NCBI GenBank assembly: GCA_041500405.1 | Contig: JBGQMB010000011.1 | Span: 1 to 27,083, forward strand | Reading direction: 5' to 3' | DNA from: Candidatus Micrarchaeia archaeon | GTDB lineage: Archaea > Micrarchaeota > Micrarchaeia > Anstonellales > J096 | Length of the DNA: 27,083 nt | Shown: positions 15,911-24,718 of the stretch, piece after piece | How positions within the stretch are numbered: position 1 is the first letter of the stretch | Layout of the letters: every line of letters starts with the position of its first letter | Notes under the pieces: model-generated | Seen by the model: the letters and a program-made list of their open reading frames with translations, nothing else | Databases searched by the model: none | Told to the model about the DNA's origin: nothing | Made by a program: the position numbers and the translations under genes

Positions 15911-16882
15911 ATGGCGAATATAGCGCTGACGGCCGTGAAGCCGTTCGAAAAAAATGATGCTGCGCAGATAAGGCGCTGGCAGGCCCGCCGCGTGAACATG
16001 GTCAATATGATGGGGCGGTATGTTCCGCCGCAGCTTAAATCGGAGTTTGCGCAAAAAAGGAAGGAGATAAAACTTGACGCAAAAGCCGAAATGCTCGGTA
16101 CATACAAGGAATATGTCCAGAACTCAATAGCGTCCACGTGCCTTTTCCTTTATGGAAAGGGCTGGCTGGACAAGGCAAGGCAGGTTGCAAACAAGATGGA
16201 CTGGGAAAGGATTAAGGCGGACGCAGACACTATTTCAGATATTAGGGAAGGGATGAAAGGCGAGGCGCTTTCGAAGGGGTATGTGGCAGCCGTTGCCGCG
16301 CTTGCCGACGTGATGGAGCAGGAAACTGGGGTTGACAGGAAGGCTCTTCTTGCGCTTGCGATGCAGGAGACGCGCGGAAACCACAACTGGTACAACCCGA
16401 AAACCGGAAATTTGGGCATAATGCAGCTGACAGGCTCAAGCCCGCTGTTTACCTATGTGTCGGCGGAAAGGCCGGATAGGGTCAGGGAGATTGAATTGAG
16501 AAACGTCATGAGGCGCGTTTTGCCTGAAAAGCGGGACTTCGGCAAGGCAAGGGCCATGATGTCCGCATTGTATTATAGCATAAGGCGGATTGACAGAAAG
16601 CAGGGGGACCTTGCGATGAACATGCTTGCAGGCGCATTGACATATGGCTACAAGTACTGCGTGAACTCCAAAACTGACGTCAAGTATCCGGCAGATGAAA
16701 AGCCGGCCGCGATTGGCATCCATTTAGAATCGGTCAAGGACTACAACGGCACCCGGATAAAGGGGCATTACGCCGATTCGGTGTTTGAATTCCATGCCCA
16801 ATTCGGCATGGCCTTTGCGCAGAAAACAAAGGACGAGAGGCTCGCCGTTGTGCCGAAAAAGGGAATTCAGCGCCTTGAATAA
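15911..16882 (+). CDS. Lytic transglycosylase (SLT/lysozyme-like) domain protein
   Basis: ETGVDRKALLALAMQETRG (motif I, candidate catalytic Glu), NLGIMQLT (motif II), NMLAGALTY, DYNG...YADSV (motif III), in the canonical order. Confidence 0.7.
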   Translation: MANIALTAVKPFEKNDAAQIRRWQARRVNMVNMMGRYVPPQLKSEFAQKRKEIKLDAKAEMLGTYKEYVQNSIASTCLFLYGKGWLDKARQVANKMDWERIKADADTISDIREGMKGEALSKGYVAAVAALADVMEQETGVDRKALLALAMQETRGNHNWYNPKTGNLGIMQLTGSSPLFTYVSAERPDRVREIELRNVMRRVLPEKRDFGKARAMMSALYYSIRRIDRKQGDLAMNMLAGALTYGYKYCVNSKTDVKYPADEKPAAIGIHLESVKDYNGTRIKGHYADSVFEFHAQFGMAFAQKTKDERLAVVPKKGIQRLE

Positions 16883-17496
16883 TAGCTGCATATTCTTCTA
16901 AGCTTGCATATGCCGCACAGCGGCTTGATTGGTCTGCATATCGTCTGTCCGTATGAGACAAAGGAGATGTTGACCTTTTTCCAGAGCCTTTTCGGGAATA
17001 TCTTTTTCAGCTTCATCTCCGTCTGTTCCGGCCTTTTTGTCTTAACGATGCCAAGCCTGTTTGAAATCCTATGCAAATGGACGTCAACGCCTATCGCGTC
17101 CCTGCTGAACGCTACTGCAAGCACGACGTTGGCCGTCTTCCTTCCAACTCCCGGCAGTTTCATCAGTGACTCCAGCGTTTTCGGCACGCCATCTTTCAAA
17201 ACATGGCGCGCTATGCCTATTACGCGCCCTGCCTTTTGCCTGAAGAACGCAACGCCGTAGATGAGTTTCCTGACTTTCGGAATAGGCGCCCTTGAAAGCG
17301 CCTTCGCATTCCTGTATTCAGAAAACAGCCTTTGCGCCGCCTTCATCGTCGCCTCGTCCCTTGTCCTTGACGAGAGCATTGTGAATACCAAAATCCTGAA
17401 CGGGTCGCTTCCCGTAACTTTACTGATATCAAAAACCGGCGCATGCCTTCTTCTGGTTTCGCCCCGCATGATGCCGAGCATCGAAGAAAGATTCAT
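16867..17496 (-). CDS. nth: Endonuclease III
   Basis: DPFRILVFTMLSSRTRD, HhH LPGVGRKTA, VDVHLHRISNRLG, 4Fe-4S motif CRPIKPLCGICKLRRIC. Start ATG 17496 overlaps the PUA gene stop. Confidence 0.95.
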   Translation of the reverse strand: MNLSSMLGIMRGETRRRHAPVFDISKVTGSDPFRILVFTMLSSRTRDEATMKAAQRLFSEYRNAKALSRAPIPKVRKLIYGVAFFRQKAGRVIGIARHVLKDGVPKTLESLMKLPGVGRKTANVVLAVAFSRDAIGVDVHLHRISNRLGIVKTKRPEQTEMKLKKIFPKRLWKKVNISFVSYGQTICRPIKPLCGICKLRRICSYYSRR

Positions 17497-17948
17497 GCCT
17501 TTGTAAGATTCCAAACCGCGTCGCCCATGTGGTGGATGTTCTTTATGGCCTTTCCCTTGCCCATCGCGTTTATCTCGTCGGATGAAAAAAGCGCTATGCC
17601 TATGCAGATGGCGATGTTGTTGTCCTCGCTCCTGACGACAACGGCGGCATCCTTGCCGAACTTGTCCATTTTCCTTATGCCGGGCCTCATGACATCGGCT
17701 CCGGAAACAAGGAATTTCAGCGCGCCCTTGTCCACGTATACGGACGAAAGCCTTTCCGCGCTGGAAAGGGTCTCAATCCACCTTCCATCATGCTCAAAGA
17801 AAATCGGCTTGTCGGAACAAAGAAGAAGCCTTGTTTTCTCAACCTCGGCTATGCAAGGCCTTTGGCACGCGCTCAGGTCAAAGCCCGCCTTTGCCGAGAA
17901 CTCCCTTATGCCCTTGTTTGAAAGAAATTCGGTTATCTTCAGCGCCAT
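17493..17948 (-). CDS. PUA-domain RNA-binding protein (DUF1947/MCT-1-like)
   Basis: VYVDKGALKFLVSGADVMRPGI, AICIGIAL, KGKAIKNIHHMGDAVW. Confidence 0.88.
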   Translation of the reverse strand: MALKITEFLSNKGIREFSAKAGFDLSACQRPCIAEVEKTRLLLCSDKPIFFEHDGRWIETLSSAERLSSVYVDKGALKFLVSGADVMRPGIRKMDKFGKDAAVVVRSEDNNIAICIGIALFSSDEINAMGKGKAIKNIHHMGDAVWNLTKA

Positions 17949-17993
17949 GCCCAATATTCCGATGCAAGCGTTTAATTAGGTTTTGATGCGCGC

Positions 17994-18323
17994 CTATGGA
18001 TGCATGTCGCGGGCCCTTTCGCCTGCCGCCAGCGCAGATACCCTGTACTTGTCGTCCTTGGTCCTGCTGTGCAATATTAGGTATATTGCCTCTGCAACAT
18101 CAGGCCTCTCCAACAGTTGGGCCTTCCTTGCAAGGAACTCTATCCTTTGCAGACAGTGGGGGTCTTTTGTTTCATCGTGCAGCCGCGCCAAAAGTTCGGC
18201 TGCGGAGGTAAGATTGTGCCCGTGTCCGTCGCGCTCGTGGAACTCCGCGAGGCGCGCTCTCACCCGTACGGGGTGTATTGAAACAACATTTCCTTCTGTT
18301 TTTGCTGCAAATGTACTGTTCAT
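17994..18323 (-). CDS. Hypothetical protein
   Basis: ORF fills the gap between PUA and Nudix genes; start MNSTFAAK about 25 bp downstream of a TTTTAAAC box (minus strand). Confidence 0.55.
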   Translation of the reverse strand: MNSTFAAKTEGNVVSIHPVRVRARLAEFHERDGHGHNLTSAAELLARLHDETKDPHCLQRIEFLARKAQLLERPDVAEAIYLILHSRTKDDKYRVSALAAGERARDMHP

Positions 18324-18448
18324 ATAATCACTTATGTGTATGAACATGTTTAAAAGCGTTTCTGTTCGCCCAATGCCCCGTCCATACGATTATAGAGATG
18401 GAAACGTTCATTTGAAAGGTTTAAAAGGCTGACGGCAAACACAGGGAC

Positions 18449-18862
18449 ATGGACGCATTCAGGATTGCCGTCAAGTCCTTCATTGTCAACAAGGACAATG
18501 AGGTCCTCCTTGTCAGGAGAAGGGACAACGACCCGCACAAGCCGGGCGTCTGGGAGGTTCCAGGCGGCAGGCTGGAGCTTGGCGAAAACCCCTTTGAGGG
18601 CTTGAAAAGGGAAACGGTTGAGGAAACGGGCATCGGCATAGACATTCTCAACCCGCTCAAGATACACCATTTCACAAGGGATGACGGGCAGAAGATAACA
18701 ATGATAACATTCCTTTGCAGGCCGAATTCGCACTCTGTTTCAATCAGCAATGAGCACACCCATCACGAGTGGGTCCATCTGGACAAGGCTGAATCAAAAA
18801 TATGCAAAGAATTCCAGGAGGAAATAAGCATAATAAGGAAATATTTCGTCAAAACAAAGTGA
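18449..18862 (+). CDS. Nudix hydrolase (MutT-like)
   Basis: Intact Nudix box GGRLELGENPFEGLKRETVEETGI; SNEH....WV. Confidence 0.92.
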   Translation: MDAFRIAVKSFIVNKDNEVLLVRRRDNDPHKPGVWEVPGGRLELGENPFEGLKRETVEETGIGIDILNPLKIHHFTRDDGQKITMITFLCRPNSHSVSISNEHTHHEWVHLDKAESKICKEFQEEISIIRKYFVKTK

Positions 18863-18903
18863 CGCGCACCGAGATTTAAAACCGTTTCCTTAAACATAGG
18901 GCT

Positions 18904-19536
18904 ATGGACAAGCGGTTCGCGGAACTCATCCTTGACGCGAAGGCAGACAAGGAGAAGGAGGCTAAGGCAAAGCTTGCGGAGTTCGTGAAAAACGCAGAGC
19001 TTGACGCCGACGGCAAGTTCGTTGAGCTGTGCTTCTGCATCCTTGTCGCGAACACCAACCTTGAAAAAACAAAGTCAGCGTGGGAGAAAATCGGGGATGG
19101 ATTCCTTTACCTTGACAAAAAAGAAATCAGCAAAAGGCTAAAGAGCCACGGATATAGGTTCTACAACGTCAGGGCGAAATTCATTGTTGAAGCGCGGGAC
19201 AGGAAGGACGAGATTGAGCGCAGCTTCAGGATTATGAATGATGAAACATTAAGGCAGTGGCTGCACGACAATATTAAGGGCCTTGGATGGAAGGAATCAT
19301 CGCACTTTTTGAGGAACATGGGATACAGGAATTTTGCCATACTTGACACCCACGTCATTGGGTTTATGCGCAGGCACGGATTAATTGATCATGTCCCAAA
19401 AACCTTGTCGTCGAAGAAAACATATTTCGGGCTTGAGAAAACTCTCAAGGATGTTTCAAAGGCGCTGAAAGTCAGCATGGCGGAGCTGGACATGTACATG
19501 TTTTACATTGACGCAGGAAAGATGCCGCAGAAATGA
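18904..19536 (+). CDS. ogg: 8-oxoguanine DNA glycosylase/AP lyase (archaeal OGG2 type)
   Basis: ELCFCILVAN, GYRFYNVRAKFIVEAR, IKGLGWKESSHFLRNMG, AILDTHV, ELDMYMFY..AGK..K. Confidence 0.92.
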   Translation: MDKRFAELILDAKADKEKEAKAKLAEFVKNAELDADGKFVELCFCILVANTNLEKTKSAWEKIGDGFLYLDKKEISKRLKSHGYRFYNVRAKFIVEARDRKDEIERSFRIMNDETLRQWLHDNIKGLGWKESSHFLRNMGYRNFAILDTHVIGFMRRHGLIDHVPKTLSSKKTYFGLEKTLKDVSKALKVSMAELDMYMFYIDAGKMPQK

Positions 19537-20124
19537 CTATTTGCCGATGCAAATATCGAAATTTTCCAGGAAAACGTCAAACGTTTCGCGGCCGATGCTT
19601 TTTTGCATCGCAACAAGCGCATCAAGCTGTTTCTGGGATATGGGGTTGCGCTCCTGGTATTGGGGGAATTGATGTATTACGGGCGGTATCTCCTTCCATT
19701 CCTTTTCCAATATGGCTGGCCTCGCGCCATTTTGGATGAGCAGCAGGCATATCCTGATATGACCTTTCTTGGCCGCATACGTAAGCGCATCGATGTCGGC
19801 CGCGTCGACGGCGTTCAGTTTCGCGCCCTTTTCCAGCAGCAGCCTGCATATGCCGATGTGCCCGTTCTGGGCAGCCGCGATGAGCGCGGTCGCATGCACC
19901 ATATTGTATGGCTCCTTCTCGTTTATGCCGGCGCCTTGCGAAAGCCAATATCTGACTTTCCAGACATTTCCTTTTTCCGCCGCATCAACCAGCCCCTGGG
20001 CGGCAGTGTTGCGCGCTTCTGTTCTCTCGGCTTCGTCTTTCTCGAGCTGGGCCTTGCTTTTGCCGAAGAGCTTTTCCTTTGCCTTCGCGAAAGCTTCCTC
20101 TATCCTGTGTTTTTGCGCCATCAT
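19537..20124 (-). CDS. Ankyrin repeat protein
   Basis: LVDAAEKGN...WLSQGAGIN, TALIAAAQNGHIGICRLLLEKGAKLN, ALTYAAKKGHIRICLLLIQNGA. Confidence 0.9.
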   Translation of the reverse strand: MMAQKHRIEEAFAKAKEKLFGKSKAQLEKDEAERTEARNTAAQGLVDAAEKGNVWKVRYWLSQGAGINEKEPYNMVHATALIAAAQNGHIGICRLLLEKGAKLNAVDAADIDALTYAAKKGHIRICLLLIQNGARPAILEKEWKEIPPVIHQFPQYQERNPISQKQLDALVAMQKSIGRETFDVFLENFDICIGK

Positions 20125-20211
20125 GGCAATTATGCATGAAATATTTTATAAAAGGCAAGCCTTCGGCTAGGCAAACAAAAATAAAAAAAAACCCGATGAA
20201 TTAGCTGTTCA

Positions 20212-20248
20212 TATGAAACGCTGGCAGCAAGAGCAAGAAACACAGGTA
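20212..20248 (-). repeat. 3' arm of the 23S rRNA processing stem
   Basis: 20235-20248 is a perfect 14-bp complement of 23136-23149; 20212-20232 complements 23214-23234 with one mismatch and one G-U pair. Confidence 0.8.
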
Positions 20249-23135
20249 GTTTAATCTTTTAGTATTTGCCGGCTGAACACCTCGGTTGCCCTTAGTGCTT
20301 ACACCGCAAACCTATCAAACCCATCTGCTATGGGCAGACTGCTTCCTAGTCTTGGGATGCGCTTCGACCTTAGATGCTTTCAGGTCTTATCGCAGTGAGG
20401 CGTGGCTGCCCAGCAATGCCATTACGACAACTGGTCCACCAGAGGCCCCGGGTCCATGTTCCTCTCGTACTAATGGATCCTTACCCTCAAGAAGCGACGC
20501 TTCCAGTAGATACTACCGTACTGTCTCGCAACGTACTGAACCCAGCTCATGTGAGTCTTTAATGGATGAACAACCCAACCCTTGGCGGCTCCTGCACCGC
20601 CAGGATGACCCAAGCCGACAGCGATGTACCAAACCGCGGGGTCGATGTGTACTCTCTCCCGCGACGAGCCTGTTACCCCCGGGGTAGCTTGTCTGTCAGA
20701 AAGGAGCCCCACTAAGAGGCTACCTTTGTTCGTTAAGCCCTGCTTTCGCACCTGCTTTCCACGCTTTTAGGAAAACAGTCAGGCCGGCATATGTCTTTAA
20801 CCCTCTCCAGCGGATTTCTGACCCGCCTGAGCCGACCATTGGGCACTCATGTTTCTTTTTCGTGAGTGTACCGCCCCAGCCAAACTATCCACCAGATGAT
20901 GTCCCCGTTAGGGTAAGCCGTACTAACAAAACTAGGTGGTGTGACATTGTCGCCTCCACAACCCCCGAAAGGATTGCTTCGAAGGCTCCCACCTACGCTT
21001 TGTAGTCCCATCAATACAGCAACATCTGGCTATAGTAAAGCTCCACGGGGTCTTCGTTTCCCACTGGAAGTCCCCGGCATCTTCACCGGGCAGTGAGTTC
21101 ACAGAGTTCCAAGCAGGGACAGTGGGGGAGTCGTTACGCCATTCATGCAAGCCGCCAATTAAGCGGCGAGGTATTACGCTACCTTAAGAGGGTCAGAGTT
21201 ACCCCCGCTCTTTACCAGCCCTTCTTCCGGTTGAACCCGATATTCAGGTACTGGCAGTGAGCAGGCGTCGGCCACCATACACAGCGTTTCCGCTTTGCGG
21301 TGACCTGTGTTTTTGATAAACAGTCGCTCCCCCCTAGTTTCTGAGACCTGCTCTCTACACGAGGGCAGGCACTCCTTGTACCGAAGATACGGAGCTAACT
21401 TGCCGAGTTCCCTTGCCTGGATTCTCTCTACAGGACTGAGCTTTTTCAGCTAGGGGCACCTGTACTAGTTCTAGGTACGAACATGAAGGATCGTTCCCTA
21501 CTCTCTTTTCATGGGCCCAAGGCATCGATTCCCTTACGCATTCAAAGTTTCGCTTCCTTCTCCTCATAATGAGACTCCGGAAACGTATTCTTCTTAGACT
21601 CCTTGCGGAGCGGAACCTAGCCCCAGGCGTCGAGAGTAGAGCATTCATTGCTGAAAACCTACCTCCATGGGACAGGAATATTAACCTGTTTCCCATTCGT
21701 CCGCGACGAGTTGCGTGCGGACTTAGGATCGCCTAACTCTTGGCTGACAAACATGGCCAAGAAAACCGTGCCCTATCAGTCCCCTGGGATTCCCACCCAG
21801 GTATGCTGCTACTAATGCCAGGATATTCATTCCAGACCGCTCCATCGGACCTCACGGCCCAACTTCTCTGCGATCCGGACGCCTCCTTACTCAACGAGCT
21901 TTCGCTCTGGATGGGTATCGGAAACCAGTTTAGTCCCGTCAATTTATGATAACTGCTCCCTCGGCTGGTCCGCTTTTACGCGTTGCTTAGAGGGTGGCTG
22001 CTTCTAAGCCTACCTTCCAGCTGTCTAAGGGAAGAGCTATCTCCCTGATTCACACTTAACTGGTATTTAGGGTCCTTAACCCAACGTACGGTCGTTCCCG
22101 TAAGGGCTATCGGGCTTACCCCGATAAACCCCACTGCGGCTGTCTACAGAGCCTAAGGATTCGGAGTTTGATAAGGAAGAGAAGGGTTTCCCCTCCTTAT
22201 TTCCTATTCAGTGCTCTACCCCTTAGGCATCCTCGAGCCACGCTGACCTGATGGTCATTTCAGAAGGAACCCGCTATCACCCGGTTCGATAGGACTATCA
22301 CCCCTAGGGCCGAATCACCCGAATGGATATACCAATAACGGTTGAAGCCCTCCACCAACATTCCTGCTGGCTTCAGCTTGTTCGGCTCTAGATCACACGG
22401 GCTTCGGGTCGCCAGACAGTGACTGAACCCCCATTAAGAGGTCGCCCCTGACGGATTGCTCCGCTGCGGGCTCTTGCTTTCGCTTCGGCTTTAGCCTTGC
22501 CACTGCCAGGAACTCCCTGGCTCTTGCTTCGAGAAGAACGCCACAACGCTGATGACCTGCGTGGCGCACCGCCTTGCGACGGATTGCTTCAGCAGGTTTA
22601 CTTTAACGCCATGGCCGCCTGTCCCCACATAGTTTCAGGTTCTTTTAACACCCCTCTCGGGGTCCTTTTCAGCTTTCGATCGCTCTACTTATGCGCTATC
22701 GGTCTGAGGATTATACTTAGACTTGGGAGTTAGTACTCCCGTATTCGCGCCTCCAGCCGGGAGACGCTACTCATTCGGTTCACGCCCACATCCTTCCCTT
22801 ACGGGACTATCACCCTCTATGGTGCGCCTTTCCAGGCGACTTCAAGTCAAATGCGGGCTGTTCCCCCACACATCCGCGCCGCTATTGCTAACGGCGCATT
22901 CGTGACGGTCTGACCAGGGTTCAGTCGCCCTTACTACCTGGGTCACTGTTGTTTTCTTTTCCTTCCGGTACTAAGATGCTTCAATTCCCGGAGTGCTTCC
23001 CGCACAACTTTTAAGGGTCGTGCGTGCGGCCCGATCCTAGGATTAACGCCTGCGTGCGGCTTCCCTAGGCTTATCGCAGCTTGCTACGGGGCTTCGCTAA
23101 CCTCAGCCAAGCCATCCACTAAATGGGTTACAGCA
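20245..23135 (-). rRNA. rrl: 23S ribosomal RNA (archaeal, stand-alone; ends approximate)
   Basis: Reverse complement contains the sarcin-ricin loop AGTACGAGAGGAAC, P-loop GGCTGGGGCGG, H69-70 GGGGGTAACTCTGACCCTCTTAAGGTAGCG, CGAAGACCCCGTGGAGCTTTAC and the 5' GTGGATGGCTTGGCT; about 2.9 kb with no obvious intron. Confidence 0.97.
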
Positions 23136-23315
23136 TACCTGTGTTTCTTTACAGACTGATTCTAACTTCCATTTTGCTTTACTATTTTTTACTACACAGT
23201 TTTTGCTTTCGCTTCTTGCTGCCTGCGCTTCATACTCATAACCTATCCCGCAAAAAGCGGGATAGCCGCTAATATCATTAGGTGAACCTAATTACTGTGA
23301 ACATAGTTTTAAAAA
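23136..23315 (-). promoter_or_regulatory. 23S rRNA promoter, 5' leader and 5' arm of the processing stem
   Basis: TTTTTAAAA box at 23307-23315; hairpins at 23277-23292 and 23243-23265; stem arms at 23214-23234 and 23136-23149. Confidence 0.7.
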
Positions 23316-23420
23316 GATATCTCCATTCCCTCAATCGGAAAACAGGCGTGAAAAAAAGCCATTTTTCAGTTTTAAACACTTTTGCACACGTTTAAAAACA
23401 GTTTGCGCCAAAATAACGGC

Positions 23421-23891
23421 ATGGAAGACGATTGTGCCAAGCTCGAGAAGATGAAGCTCGACGCCCTTTCAATGCTACATGCAAAGGAATATGCCAGGTG
23501 CTGCAACCTGCTTGGGCAGGCTCCTGAATACAAGGAGCTTTATGAGGAGGGTATGGCATTGCTTGAGCAAGACGACATTGATGAACTCAGGGAAAAGCAT
23601 AAAGTGTTCGTGAGGACGCTTGCAAGGGAGATACCGAACCAAAGGTACAGGGCGTTCCTTGACAGGATTCGGGAAAATAAAGTCGATATTTCGAGTCTTT
23701 ACGCCAACACCATGCAGAAAACAAGCCTTCTTTTCAAGTTCTTTCCGGAGGATTTCGCGCCGGGAAAGCCAAGAGACCTGAGGTTCAGGAAGCCCCGCGC
23801 AATCGGAATCATATTCAGGGGCGTGGCGGACTATGCCAAAAGGAGAATGAAGGAGCAGCGCCAAATCATTAAGCTGGAGAGGCGCGCCTAG
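23421..23891 (+). CDS. Hypothetical protein
   Basis: ATG 23421 (MEDDCAK) about 23 bp after a GTTTAAAAA box; helical orphan. Confidence 0.65.
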   Translation: MEDDCAKLEKMKLDALSMLHAKEYARCCNLLGQAPEYKELYEEGMALLEQDDIDELREKHKVFVRTLAREIPNQRYRAFLDRIRENKVDISSLYANTMQKTSLLFKFFPEDFAPGKPRDLRFRKPRAIGIIFRGVADYAKRRMKEQRQIIKLERRA

Positions 23892-24556
23892 GCGAACGTG
23901 CCGTTCAGCTTGCTGATGTGGCCGGGTATCATTTGGCCGTCAAGCCCAGAGAGGTTCTGCGCAATATGGGGAACGACCTTGAACGTAAATGCTTTTTTTG
24001 AAAAGAACTCGGCAAGCCCGGCTATGGATCTTTCCGAGGTCCCGTTGCATTTGGATTTTACTATCTCAACAAGGTCGCAAAGCGCGTCTATGTCATTGGT
24101 TGTTACGCCGCCGAGGTCGGCAGGGTTCTGCCTTCCGGAGGCGAAGTGGATTAGGAGCGTCATGCTGTAATGCGCTATTTCCTCTTCCCTCGACGCCATG
24201 CGGTGCAAATGGCCAAGATAGTCGCGCCTGAATTCCAGCAGCGAGAAAAACTGGTTTAGCGCGTGCTGCCTGCGCTCCGGGTTGTAGGTCAGCAGCCTTG
24301 ACACGGTTGAGCAATAATTGTCAAGCCATTGCCTGCCCCCGTTCGACATCGCAGCCTTCAGCGCGAACCTGACGACGTCCCTTTCGAACTGCAGCGTTTC
24401 ACTGCCCTCAAAACCCAGGTTTTTCACGAGGTTTTTCTTCAGCTCCCTGATTTTGCTGTTTGAGTGGTCGTCATAAAAGTAAATATCCTTGAGCCTTGAG
24501 CGCCTTCGGTTTTTTGCGATTCTGTTGAATGCGATTTGGGGGGACTGCTTTAGCAT
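23888..24556 (-). CDS. Hypothetical protein
   Basis: 222-aa ORF with its own TTTTAAAT box near 24577-24584; no family recognised. Confidence 0.65.
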   Translation of the reverse strand: MLKQSPQIAFNRIAKNRRRSRLKDIYFYDDHSNSKIRELKKNLVKNLGFEGSETLQFERDVVRFALKAAMSNGGRQWLDNYCSTVSRLLTYNPERRQHALNQFFSLLEFRRDYLGHLHRMASREEEIAHYSMTLLIHFASGRQNPADLGGVTTNDIDALCDLVEIVKSKCNGTSERSIAGLAEFFSKKAFTFKVVPHIAQNLSGLDGQMIPGHISKLNGTFA

Positions 24557-24718
24557 GGCTATATTGCCGTTAATCTATTTAAAACCCTTTCGCTGACAGC
24601 AAAACATGCTTAAAAGGCTTGCCCTGTCGTCGGTGTCGCTTACGCAAAAGGCACTTTTTAAGGCGATTTCCATACGGGATTAAAAACACTTTTGCGGCAA
24701 TGGCATTAAGGTGAAAAC

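Noticed and set aside
20286..22905. ORF-track ORFs inside 20.2-23.1 kb
   Set aside because: They fall within the 23S rRNA and are spurious translations. No homing-endonuclease ORF or length excess indicates an intron.
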